This document shows, piece by piece, positions 39,330-48,866 of a DNA stretch of 64,000 bases. Source of the stretch: Longimicrobiales bacterium (GTDB taxonomy: Bacteria > Gemmatimonadota > Gemmatimonadetes > Longimicrobiales > Gaopeijiaceae); contig CBDDCX010000006.1 of the NCBI GenBank assembly GCA_965226375.1, forward strand, positions 32,001 to 96,000. The letters are read 5' to 3'. Each line of letters opens with the position of its first letter. The first letter of the stretch is position 1. Position numbers and translations under genes: made by a program. The notes under the pieces were generated by a model. That model did no database searches and had not been told where the DNA came from. It saw only the letters and a list, made by a program, of their open reading frames with translations.

Positions 39330-41902
39330 TCAGAACGAAAATCCGAAGCCCAGGAACAGCCTGGTCGATTCGTCGGACGTCGCCAGGGTCACCGAGATCA
39401 ACGGGGTGTGCTGCCTCAGGAACGAAAACCAGATGCCGCCGCCGTAGGCCCAGTGCCAGAGGTCCGAGTCCTCGCCCTCCAGGTAGACCCGTCCCACGTC
39501 GGTCATGCCGTGCACTCCGAACTGCCCCGGAAGTGCGCGGCTCAGGGCACCCAGCCGTAGTCTCAGCTCGCTCTTCGCGAATACCATGGCATCCCCGGCA
39601 TAACGGTCGTCCGGCGCACCACGAAAATTCTCGACCCCGCCCAGGTACGCAGCGCCCAGATAGGGATACCTCCCCCACACCTTCTTGCCCCCGACCTCGA
39701 TGGCAAGGACCGGTGACATCGGCATGGGCGCCTGCAAGAAGACCTCAGCCGAGCCGGCCAGACTTCCATAGTCCGACGTAAGCTCGGAGAACTCGGGAAA
39801 GTAGGTCGCCTCTACCTGGATCCGGGTGCCTCTCGTCGGGAACCAGCCGTGGTCACGACCATCCCAATCGAGCGCGGTCGTGATACCGAACTGGAAGAGG
39901 TCGGTGAAGCCGTAGGGGTTCTCCTGCGCGATGAGTCTCCCCGTGTTTTTCGACTGCGAGTGTAGGTCCCACTCGAACAGCACCCCCCCGGTCACGGTCA
40001 GGTCGTCGCTGTACAGCCAGCGGAGCTCCGACTCGAAGGTCAGGACCTGGCGATCTACCTCGAAGAAGTCGAGATCGTCGGCGTCGGAGCTGCTGACCGT
40101 CTCGTTTCCAAATCCGAAGAAGCGGTAGCGATCGGCCCCTTGGTACCGCACCCGCGCGCCAGCCTTGAGTCGGCCCACGGGGAACGTCGTGTTGAGATCG
40201 AGGAGTGGGAGGCCCGTCGCCGTCCCGATCCCGGCGGTATAACCGAAGGAACTTCGATATGGATAGTAGCGGAAGCCGAAAGTCTGCCGGCTGGCTCCCA
40301 TTTGGACGTAGGTCCCCTTTCTCCCGCCGACCTCGAAGAGGGGAAAATACGACCAGGCATGACCCCAATCCTGAGGAGGGGCACCATAGCTCTCGACCAC
40401 ATCCGGAGCCTCGTAGTCGGACTCGTAGACCTTGGTGTTCCGGCCCCGAGTAATCTCGTTGTTACCGCGGTCATCGTGGAATCGCACCTGGCCCGAGCCT
40501 GTGGTTTCGTCGATGAGCACGTCCGCGCGGCCGCCCCCGACGATGCGGATGGTCACTCGGCCCGACGCGTCTCCCCGCACGACGGCTCGATCCTGCTCGC
40601 CCAACAGGTAGAGTCGAACATCCTCGGTCTCGGAGCCGAGGAAGGTCCGGTCGTAGAACGCATCTCCCCGAGGCTGCTCGGCGCTGTTCTTCTCCCAAAG
40701 CCGCAGCCTCACCCGGCCTTCCTCCAGCCACTCGACCAGGGCGTACTCCTCTTCGTCGGTCCCGAACACGTCTACGTTGACGACCAGGAGGTCGTAGAAT
40801 TCGCGAGCCTGAACCACCAAGTCATCACGCCTCTGCGTGAGGGCACCCAACAAGTAGTCTCCGGCCACCTCGTAGTACGGCTCGGGGAGGCGGCCTACCG
40901 CATCGGTCAGAACTTCGTCGCTCAACCGACTCTGAAGATCCACGGCAATGGCTTCCCAGGTGCTCCACTCGAGACCGTTGAGGAACCTCCTGTCCAGGGC
41001 CCGGCCCGACCAGGTGATCGCACGAGCCGACGGGTATTCTGCCTCGAAACTCACCAGATGCGGGGCAAGGCGCGGCGCAACTCGGCGGAACCAGCGCAAG
41101 ATGAAACCGTCCAGCTTGGTCAGGGCCCAGTCGCGGTCGCGTGGGACCGGCCTGAAAATGAGGAGTCCTCCCTCCTCGAATCCGGCCCACCGCCACTGAT
41201 CGGGATGCCGGTCCCAATCTCCAACGAACATGTCCATCAGCCGAGCGCGTAAGAAATCCTCGTCGTCTAGGCGGTTGTCCGGATCCTCTTCGAGCCGCTC
41301 GAAGAGGCGGTCGGAGCTGACAACCCTGGTGGAGCCGGCAAAACCCGGCTCCCCGTCCGGTCCCTCGTCAGGACGTTCTTCGATGAATCCAAGGAGTCCC
41401 GCAAATTCCTCCTGGAACTCGCCGAGGCGAGGATCGTCGGGCATGACCACGAGAGTGGGGCCACCACGATCGCGGCCATAGGAAAGAGGGCGGAGATCTG
41501 GTCCTGCTGAGCCCATGCCACGAAGGTCTCCTGGAGCAGCGGGTCCAACCCCCGGGCGGCGTCTTTGTCGATGGAGCGGAAGTTGTAAAGGACGCCGTCC
41601 GCCCCACGCATCCTCAAGGACGATGTCTGTTTTCCTCCGCCACGCCGCACGACGACGAGGCCCCCTGCGTACTCGTCGAGGTCCAGCAACTGAGTCTTTA
41701 CCGGAATCCGCCAGAGCTCCCGCCAGCCGTGACCCATCATCGCGGCGCGCCACGGGTGGGCGTCGTAGCTCATCCGAGGTGTCGCGAAGACCGAGTCGCC
41801 GCCCTGAGGGGTCTGCGCCGCCCCGGGGACAGGCGTCATCAGCACGGCCAGGCCCAGAAATCCGAGCGCTATCCGAGTCCGTGCCGATCGCGGATGGATC
41901 AT
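39330..41902 (-). pseudogene. Omp85/TamA-type outer-membrane protein with N-terminal kinase-like domain (frameshifted)
   Basis: N-terminal part in ORF 41267-41902 (GGGKQT, FRSIDKD, QDQISA), remainder in the 39330 frame (GDWDRHPDQWRW, PRDRD, barrel with LGG...RG..DRYAG, terminal GFSF); frame switch near 41455. Confidence 0.75.
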
Positions 41903-42088
41903 CCATGCCTCCGTTGAGATACCGAGGGTTAAGGGGCGGGCCTCCCTGAAACGTGGCGCCGATCGCGTGAGACCGCGTCGATGTAGTAATGACGTCCGAT
42001 GCTACACCCGGCAAGGCGTTCTTGATGCATGCCCCTTCACGGCCGATCTTCCTTCGCTTCGACGACGACAACTCAGAAAGAATACACC

Positions 42089-42649
42089 ATGTTCATCGTT
42101 GCTAACACACGGCTCTGGGCACTCCTCCTCGCACTCCTATGCCTGGCCGTGCCCTATCAGGCGCAATCACAGAGTGACGCCACGGTGGTGTACCTGGTGC
42201 GGCATGCGGAGAAGGTGGACGAATCAAGGGATCCACCCCTCTCGGCCGCGGGTCTGGAACGTGCTGCGCTGTTGGCGGAAATGCTGCGGGATGCCGGAAT
42301 CACACATTTGCACAGCACCGACCTGGAGCGCACCCGAGACACGGCGGCACCCCTTGCGAGACGGTTGAGCCTGGAGGTCCAGTTCTACGATGGGCAGGAT
42401 CTGGCGGGTTTCGCGGAGAGGCTCCGCGTCACGCCCGGACGGCATCTGGTGAGCGGGCACTCGGACACAACGGCGATACTCGTACGACTTCTCGGGGGCG
42501 AGAGCTCGGACATCGCGAGCCCTGAGTACGACCGGCTCTACGTGCTTACGCTCGCGCCCGACGGTGGGGTGAACACAGTCCTGATCCGATTCGGTGCGTC
42601 GGCGGGAGGCGGACACCCGAGAGGCAGGAACCACCCCGCTCCCCCGTAG
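42089..42649 (+). CDS. Secreted histidine phosphatase (SixA/PGM-like)
   Basis: Signal peptide; LVRHAEK, LSAAGLERA, RTRDTA, VSGHSDT. Confidence 0.85.
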   Translation: MFIVANTRLWALLLALLCLAVPYQAQSQSDATVVYLVRHAEKVDESRDPPLSAAGLERAALLAEMLRDAGITHLHSTDLERTRDTAAPLARRLSLEVQFYDGQDLAGFAERLRVTPGRHLVSGHSDTTAILVRLLGGESSDIASPEYDRLYVLTLAPDGGVNTVLIRFGASAGGGHPRGRNHPAPP

Positions 42650-42671
42650 TGTAGGTTAGTGGGGTGTTGCA

Positions 42672-44318
42672 GTGGTGTCTCGGCCATTCGAGCGCCGAGA
42701 CAACCGACCCTTCACCGAGACACACTTGACCAGCATCGCCTTAACAGAAGCCCGACCCGACGTACTCAAAGCCCTGCGCTCCCTAGGTGGACGAGGCACG
42801 GTCGGCGACGTCGTATCCAATGCCGGACTCCCTCGCGATCAGGTCGAGGATGCGCTCAAAGGCCTCTTGGAAACCCACCAGGGTCACATGGAAGTCTCGG
42901 ACTCGGGAGAGCTCGTCTATCTGTTCGACCGGAAGCTGATCCGGCGAGACCAGGTGTCGACGCTCGAGCGCATGAAGAAGGCGACCAGGACCTTCCTTAC
43001 CGGTGCCTTCAAGGCGTGGATCGTCACCATGCTGGTCGTTTACTTTGTGGTGTTCGTGGCCCTCGTGGTCGCAGCGCTCGTGGCGATGGCGTCGCGAGGC
43101 GGCGACCGGAGAAGCGGTGGGGGAAGTTGGGGGCGGAGCGGCGGTAGCCATGGCGGTCACTTGCATATCCCGAGCTTTTGGCTCTGGTACTATATCTGGA
43201 CTCCGCGGTGGCGGTTGGGACGTCCGTACTACGGCCGCCGCTGGGAAAGGACGCTCGAGAAGGACAATCGTGCTCCGTTCTACAAGAAGGTCTTCGCATT
43301 CGTGTTCGGGCCGGATCGGCCCAGACCGACGCAGAAGCAGCTCGACCGTTCGACGATACGGCTGATCCGCGCACGGAAGGGTGTGCTCACCACGGCGGAG
43401 CTCATGGAGCACAACGCTCTGCCCCGCCCTGAGGCCGAGGAAGAAATCGGTCGCTTGTTGGGATCGTACGCGGGGGAGCCCACCGTTTCACCCGACGGGG
43501 AGCTGGTCTACGCGTTCCCGGAGCTCATGGTGAGTGCACATGGGCCGGTGACCGCAAAGGAGCCCAACCCGGCTTGGCTCCGGTTGGAGTACCCCCTAGA
43601 GCTGACGGGCAATGAGAAGAAGCACGATGCGGTCATCGTAGGGATGAACGGCTTCACCCTGTTGGCCGGGGCCACGGCACCCTGGTTCATCTTTCCGCAA
43701 CTCGGTATCTCGGGAACCGCCGCCTTCGTCGGTCTCGTCTTGGTGCCGGTGGTGTTCAGCGTGCTCTTCTTCGGAGGACCTCTGCTGCGCATGATGGGCG
43801 TGCGCCGTGAGAACAAGGCTCGCAAGGTGCGCAACGTCCGGCGCCTGGTGTTGGGGCTGGTCTACCGCGAGGCTCTGGCCGGGCGAGGGGCGGTGACGGT
43901 GGAGGCAGCCGCCGGCTACGTTCGGGGCCGGATCAAGGACCGGCCGGTCGATCAGTCCGAAGTCGAGACCGCCCTTCACAATCTGGCGGCCGAGTTCAAC
44001 TCCGACGTGACGTCCGGCTCGGACGGGGGGCTGGTGTTCACGTTTCCGGCGATCCGGCGCGAGTTCGTGGCCAGTGAGACCGTCCGCCGGAAGCTCACCC
44101 TCGAGGACCGTAAGCTGGGTGACATCGTGTATTCCAGCGCCGACTCCTCGACGGAGGCCTCCGAGCGAGACCTGGCCGAGTTCGATAGGAAGCTCGCGGC
44201 CGCTGAGATGGATCTGAGCGGTTATCTGCCCTCGCCCGACCGGGTGGGTTTCGAGGACGACTACGAGATCGTGGCGTTCGATGAAGAATTGCGGAGCCGT
44301 AGCGTCAGACGAGGCTAG
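42672..44318 (+). CDS. Conserved membrane protein resembling the cyanobacterial/plastid At5g03900-like family
   Basis: TVGDVVSNAGL...GHMEVSDSGELVYLF, VFAFVFG, IRARKGVLTTAE, GEPTVSPDGELVYAFPELM; recognised from memory of the family. Confidence 0.6.
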   Translation: MVSRPFERRDNRPFTETHLTSIALTEARPDVLKALRSLGGRGTVGDVVSNAGLPRDQVEDALKGLLETHQGHMEVSDSGELVYLFDRKLIRRDQVSTLERMKKATRTFLTGAFKAWIVTMLVVYFVVFVALVVAALVAMASRGGDRRSGGGSWGRSGGSHGGHLHIPSFWLWYYIWTPRWRLGRPYYGRRWERTLEKDNRAPFYKKVFAFVFGPDRPRPTQKQLDRSTIRLIRARKGVLTTAELMEHNALPRPEAEEEIGRLLGSYAGEPTVSPDGELVYAFPELMVSAHGPVTAKEPNPAWLRLEYPLELTGNEKKHDAVIVGMNGFTLLAGATAPWFIFPQLGISGTAAFVGLVLVPVVFSVLFFGGPLLRMMGVRRENKARKVRNVRRLVLGLVYREALAGRGAVTVEAAAGYVRGRIKDRPVDQSEVETALHNLAAEFNSDVTSGSDGGLVFTFPAIRREFVASETVRRKLTLEDRKLGDIVYSSADSSTEASERDLAEFDRKLAAAEMDLSGYLPSPDRVGFEDDYEIVAFDEELRSRSVRRG

Positions 44319-44335
44319 GGCCCTCGAACGGTCGA

Positions 44336-44407
44336 GAGGATGTTGATCTCTTGGGTGCTTCAGTGGGTCAGGAGGATGTTGATCTCTTGGGTGCTTCAGT
44401 GGGTCAG
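44336..44407. repeat. Perfect 36-bp tandem duplication
   Basis: GAGGATGTTGATCTCTTGGGTGCTTCAGTGGGTCAG twice, with no spacer. Confidence 0.95.
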
Positions 44408-45257
44408 AGCGTATAGCACGATGTTGATGCCCAGGGCGTACGACTGGGGGGAGAACTGGAAGAAGAACTGTTCGTCCTCCCCCTCCCGCTCCCAGCCGTC
44501 CGCAATGTCCGTGTTGTGCGTCATGACCACGATGAGCCGACCCTTCTTGTCCCGGATACCCCGTAGGTGCGCCTCGGCGCTGTCGGGGCCGCGCTCCGAG
44601 GTGCTCGAACGTCCACTGCGGCGCCAGAACTGGATGGACGGGATCTGAGGCACTGCGTGGACGGCGTACAGGGCGCTGAGCAGGAGATGACCGGCGGGAA
44701 TATCGCTGATCGGATACTCGGCGGGTGGTAGCGCCTTCCCGATCTCCCGCGTCCAGGTCTCCCAGGCCCAGCTACCCCAGAAGTCGTCGGCCCACAAGAA
44801 ACCGCCCTGCTCGAGGTATTGACGCAGACGCTCGGCCTCTTCCGGGTCGATGCCGATGGTCCCCACATCGGACATGAAGATGAACGGACACTCGAACAAC
44901 TCTTCGTCCATGATCTGGACAATGCGGTGATCGGGCTCGCCGTGTTGCGTCTTTCGTATGGGCGTCTTGGTAAGTTGCGAGAGACGCAACATGAGGTTGC
45001 GATCCCCGTCGGGATAATCGGTCCTCCAGCCCTGCCCCAAGGGCTCTCGGCGTACCTGGCGATAGGCGACCCGACAGAACGTGAACGGGCGCTGGTCCAG
45101 GTAGATGGGCACTTGGCCGGCGGCTCCGACGGCAGCTCGGGCCGACCATGTCGGTGGTGCGGGTGGCGATCCGGAAGAGGCCGGTCTGAGCCTCGCGAAA
45201 AGCTCGGACGTACCCCACCATTCCGACAATCGCAACGAGGCAGAGTAGGCCTTTCAT
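44396..45257 (-). CDS. DUF4159-domain protein (probable frameshift near 45150)
   Basis: WRTDYPDGD, PFIFMSDVG, GGFLWADDFWG, HNTDIADGWE, GINIVLYALTH; a signal-peptide-like start (MKGLLCLVAIVG) lies in another frame at 45257. Confidence 0.8.
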
Positions 45258-45384
45258 TCGGCGAACGTGCCCTCGCGCTCACCGCACTGTCAAACGCTGC
45301 CGAGGCGGGGACCACCTTGAACGGCACCGCAGACTCGGACAAATTCGTACCAAGTTACGTACGTACCTTTATCTCGAGACTCCC

Positions 45385-45639
45385 ATGCGTGTGCAGAGAG
45401 TTCAAACCGGCGTTCGGTTGGAGAAACGACTGCTCAAAGTCCTCAAGAGCCTGGCCGCGTACCTGGATATGTCCCTCGGCGATCTCCTGGAGGGGATCGT
45501 ACTGCACTCTTTCGAGGGGAAAACTGTTTTCGGTGATTCGACCCTCGAAAAGATCGAGCAACTCAAAGCCGTCTATGAGATGGACTATGGCTCCGAGGCC
45601 AGCCATAAGATGGTGGAGGACGGCGAGGAGAGCCCGTAG
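45385..45639 (+). CDS. Small RHH-like DNA-binding protein
   Basis: RVQTGVRLEKRLLKVLKSLA...MSLGDLLEGIVLH strand-helix-helix pattern. Confidence 0.65.
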   Translation: MRVQRVQTGVRLEKRLLKVLKSLAAYLDMSLGDLLEGIVLHSFEGKTVFGDSTLEKIEQLKAVYEMDYGSEASHKMVEDGEESP

Positions 45640-45832
45640 GGGACGGCACTCGTCCTTCCTTGCGGAGGACGGACGTGCTACGCAGGGTTAACATTCGCCT
45701 GAGAACAGGGCGCGACTGCTCGCCCGCCCATCGGATCCAGACATCTCCGAGCGACGCGGGTGTCATTTCGGCCTGAAGACTGCCACCAGGTAATCTTCGC
45801 GGAAGACCTGGTTCAAAGAGGAGGTACCACCC

Positions 45833-46351
45833 ATGGTCCGAACAGCCATGTTCCTGCTCGCGGCGCTAGCGCTTCCTGCATCCATCGCGGCTCAGGATGC
45901 GATTCGTAGTGCTACCTCCGCGGGCCCCGCATCGATATCCGCCGAGGCCGCGGTTCTGGATTGGTCCTTCAACGAGCTGCGCGCGGGCAGCAACGGTTGG
46001 ACCTGCCTGCCCGACAACGCCGACACGCCCGGCACCGATCCTTGGTGCATCACCGACGCCTGGGTGAACTTCCTCAATGCCTACGTCGGAAAGACGGAAC
46101 CTACCTACGAGGAGATCGGCTTCGCGTATATGCTCATGGGCGATACACCTGTGAGCAATTCGGATCCCTACGCCACTGAAGCCACGGGCCCCGAGGACTG
46201 GGTTACGGACCTCGGCGGCCACCTGATGATGCTCATCCCCGACCTCGACATGCTCGAGGGCATCTCGACCGATCATCTGAATGGTGGACCCTGGATCATG
46301 TGGCCGGATACGCCCTACGCGCACATCATGATCCCGATCGAGGCCAGATAG
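45833..46351 (+). CDS. Conserved secreted hypothetical protein
   Basis: GGAGG RBS, signal peptide, NGWTCLPD...PWC, AYMLMGD, SNSDP, HLM, PYAHIMIP. Confidence 0.75.
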   Translation: MVRTAMFLLAALALPASIAAQDAIRSATSAGPASISAEAAVLDWSFNELRAGSNGWTCLPDNADTPGTDPWCITDAWVNFLNAYVGKTEPTYEEIGFAYMLMGDTPVSNSDPYATEATGPEDWVTDLGGHLMMLIPDLDMLEGISTDHLNGGPWIMWPDTPYAHIMIPIEAR

Positions 46352-46390
46352 TAGACGCCAGGTAGTAGTAGGCAGAGACCCTAGAGGGCC

Positions 46391-46429
46391 AAGAGGGCCC
46401 TGACCTGCTCATCCGGTCAGGGCCCTCTT
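46391..46429. terminator. Bidirectional terminator-like hairpin
   Basis: AAGAGGGCCCTGACC-N9-GGTCAGGGCCCTCTT between convergent genes. Confidence 0.75.
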
Positions 46430-46463
46430 CATGTGGCAACCCAGGACGTGTCGAGAGGGCCGG

Positions 46464-48797
46464 TTAATCTCCCCCCACCGCAGTCTGCAACTGCACCAAC
46501 CTGGGCTGGATCTTCTCCATATCGTGTCTACAGACCCCGGCCTTGGTCAGGAGCTTGACCTCACAGATGTTGCAGCGGACGCACTCCTTGAAGTCCACAT
46601 CCGGGCCCGAGATGGCCCCGGTGGGACAGCTCTGCTCACAAACCTTACAGACGTCGCACTGCTTGACCCGCGGAATGCGGAAGAAGGACACGAACGAGGC
46701 GACACCCAGGGCCGCACCCAATGGGCATGCATAGCGGCAGTAGAACCGCGGGATGACGGCCGAGGCCAGCAGCACGCTACCTGCGATAGTCCACATCAGA
46801 ACGTTGGAGCTCATGAAGAACACCGTTCCGAACGGCTCGAAGTACCCGTAGATGGACAGATCGCTGTTGATAAACGCCGTGACCAGGATGAGCGCGAGGA
46901 TCCCGTACTTGATGTAGATGGCCCGGTCGTGGACCTGAGTGGGCACTTTGCGTTGGAAACGCTTCGGGACGACCTGTTCGATGAAATCCTGCAAAGCCCC
47001 GAAGGGGCATAAGAATCCGCAGAACACACGGCCCCACAATACGGTCGTCACCACCGTGAAGATGATCATGACGAGCATGGCCAGATCCCCGAGGTAGACA
47101 CCCGGGCCACCGGCGATGCCGCTCGTGATGTGCGAGACCGAAAGAAATCCGCCGTCGACCCAACCCAGATAGACGAGAGTCCCGCCGAGAGCCACCCACC
47201 GAGCCGCCACACCCTTGAAGATGAACGCGTTCAGGGCGAGTCCCAAGATGATGAGAAGCCCCACGACCCGACTCCAGCGTGTCTGCGCCAGCATCACCGA
47301 GAAGGCAGACTCGTCCTCTTCTTCCGCGAAGTCGAAATCGAACCCCAGGCCGGCCTCGTCGGCGGGCGCAGCCGCATCTGCGGTGGCCGGTTGGGGCTGG
47401 GCATCGGACGCCCCGGCCGGCGGCGCGACGGCGGTGGCGGTCTCAACAGAGGCCGTGCCTTCACCGTTCGTGCCGTTGGTTCCAGTCGTCCCGTTCGTCC
47501 CGTTGGTGCCGCTCGTCCCGTTGGTGTCGTCTGTCCTGTTCGCGCCGTTCGTCCCGCTCGTGCCGGACGCGGCCTCCGATCCGGCGGCGGCCACAGTGCC
47601 TCCCGACGATGTCCCACCCTCGTCTGAAGCAGTGGCGGCGGCCTGAACCGGAGTCGAGCCACCCCGCGCGAACGCCAGGACATCGGGAGCGATGGTGTAT
47701 TCGATGGTGAAGGGATCGCCCTGATCGTCATCGTACTGAATGGTGAAGGGCTGGCTCAGGTCCACGGCAGGGTCGACCAGTAGCATCGCGGCGTAGAAGA
47801 CCTGCCCCGCCATCTTGCCCTCTTCGGGCCGTCCCCAGTAAACGACCTGATTCCGGGGAAGCGGATAGGAGTTTCCTCCCTGCAACACGGTGAGACCCCT
47901 GGGCCGGAATCCGGCTATGAAACTCCCGTCGAGGCCGAGGACCATCAGGTGGAAGTCCTCGTGGCGGGGACCCACTTTCTCGAGCATCGATGCGTATGAC
48001 TCCGCACCTACCAAAATGTCGCCGAGCCTCTCAGTGCCCACATAAGTGAACGAGAGATCGAGCCCGAGGGCGTTGTGGCGTATGACTTCCATCTTCGCGA
48101 TCAGACCACTCGAGACCAGCTCGAGCCAGCTAAGCCGCTCAATCGCCTCAGCGGTCAACCCTCCGCCGTTGGACGCGGCCATCACGGTAGGAGCGGGTCG
48201 GCGCAGATACGCCATCGCCACTCTGCGAGCGGAGTTACGGATACCCCGTGCCATGGCTCCGGCGGAGATGGTGGCCCCGCTGACGCCGTCGATGTCCCGA
48301 TAGATCCGGAACGCATCCGCGACATGCTTGCCCGCGTACTGCGACTCGACACCCGGGCCCCTGAGAAAGTCACCCCGCGAGGACACGAGCGCCTCATGGT
48401 AGTTGATCACTGTGGCCCCGGTGAGATTCCCGATCAGGTCCACACCCACCAGGACCTGGATGGTCCCGCTGTAGCCGAACTCCTCGGGGGGTAGGTCCGA
48501 GGTCAAGAACAGGTAGCCGACGAGTATTTGAGCGCCGTTCGGATCGTCGGCGAAAGCATGATAGACGGGCGGGCTGCCCATCTTCTCCGAGAAGCTCGTG
48601 GCCTCCGGCATGACCCCCTGCAACCTCGCATGATCGATCTTAAGCGGGATCTGTGCGGCGGCGCGCGCAGGTAGCACGAGGACTAACGCAACGAACGCGG
48701 CACCGCATAGGTGAGGCGCGAAGCGGCTCCTCGAGCCAGGCCTCCTCCTACCCTTCCCGGTCATGTTCCTCACCATCAGTCTCCCCTGGGCACTCAC
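46464..48797 (-). CDS. NosR/NirI-like FMN-binding and 4Fe-4S membrane protein
   Basis: GYSG, DGVSGATIS (flavinylation motif), GRVFCGFLCPFGALQD, FYCRYACPLG, CxxCxxCxxxCP, CxxCxxC. Confidence 0.85.
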   Translation of the reverse strand: MSAQGRLMVRNMTGKGRRRPGSRSRFAPHLCGAAFVALVLVLPARAAAQIPLKIDHARLQGVMPEATSFSEKMGSPPVYHAFADDPNGAQILVGYLFLTSDLPPEEFGYSGTIQVLVGVDLIGNLTGATVINYHEALVSSRGDFLRGPGVESQYAGKHVADAFRIYRDIDGVSGATISAGAMARGIRNSARRVAMAYLRRPAPTVMAASNGGGLTAEAIERLSWLELVSSGLIAKMEVIRHNALGLDLSFTYVGTERLGDILVGAESYASMLEKVGPRHEDFHLMVLGLDGSFIAGFRPRGLTVLQGGNSYPLPRNQVVYWGRPEEGKMAGQVFYAAMLLVDPAVDLSQPFTIQYDDDQGDPFTIEYTIAPDVLAFARGGSTPVQAAATASDEGGTSSGGTVAAAGSEAASGTSGTNGANRTDDTNGTSGTNGTNGTTGTNGTNGEGTASVETATAVAPPAGASDAQPQPATADAAAPADEAGLGFDFDFAEEEDESAFSVMLAQTRWSRVVGLLIILGLALNAFIFKGVAARWVALGGTLVYLGWVDGGFLSVSHITSGIAGGPGVYLGDLAMLVMIIFTVVTTVLWGRVFCGFLCPFGALQDFIEQVVPKRFQRKVPTQVHDRAIYIKYGILALILVTAFINSDLSIYGYFEPFGTVFFMSSNVLMWTIAGSVLLASAVIPRFYCRYACPLGAALGVASFVSFFRIPRVKQCDVCKVCEQSCPTGAISGPDVDFKECVRCNICEVKLLTKAGVCRHDMEKIQPRLVQLQTAVGGD
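47461..47570 (-). repeat. Degenerate 9-bp coding repeat, (G-T-N/S)n
   Basis: CCGTTCGTC-like units encoding GTSGTNGANRTDDTNGTSGTNGTNGTTGTNGTNG. Confidence 0.75.
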
Positions 48798-48866
48798 TCC
48801 CCGTCAAACGCGGGCTCATTGAGCTTTGGCACCTCATTAAGGTATGTCAAGCTTAAGCTCAGCACG

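Noticed and set aside
44336..44407. 36-bp repeat as a CRISPR array
   Set aside because: Only two copies, no spacer, overlaps a gene end, and no cas genes in the window.
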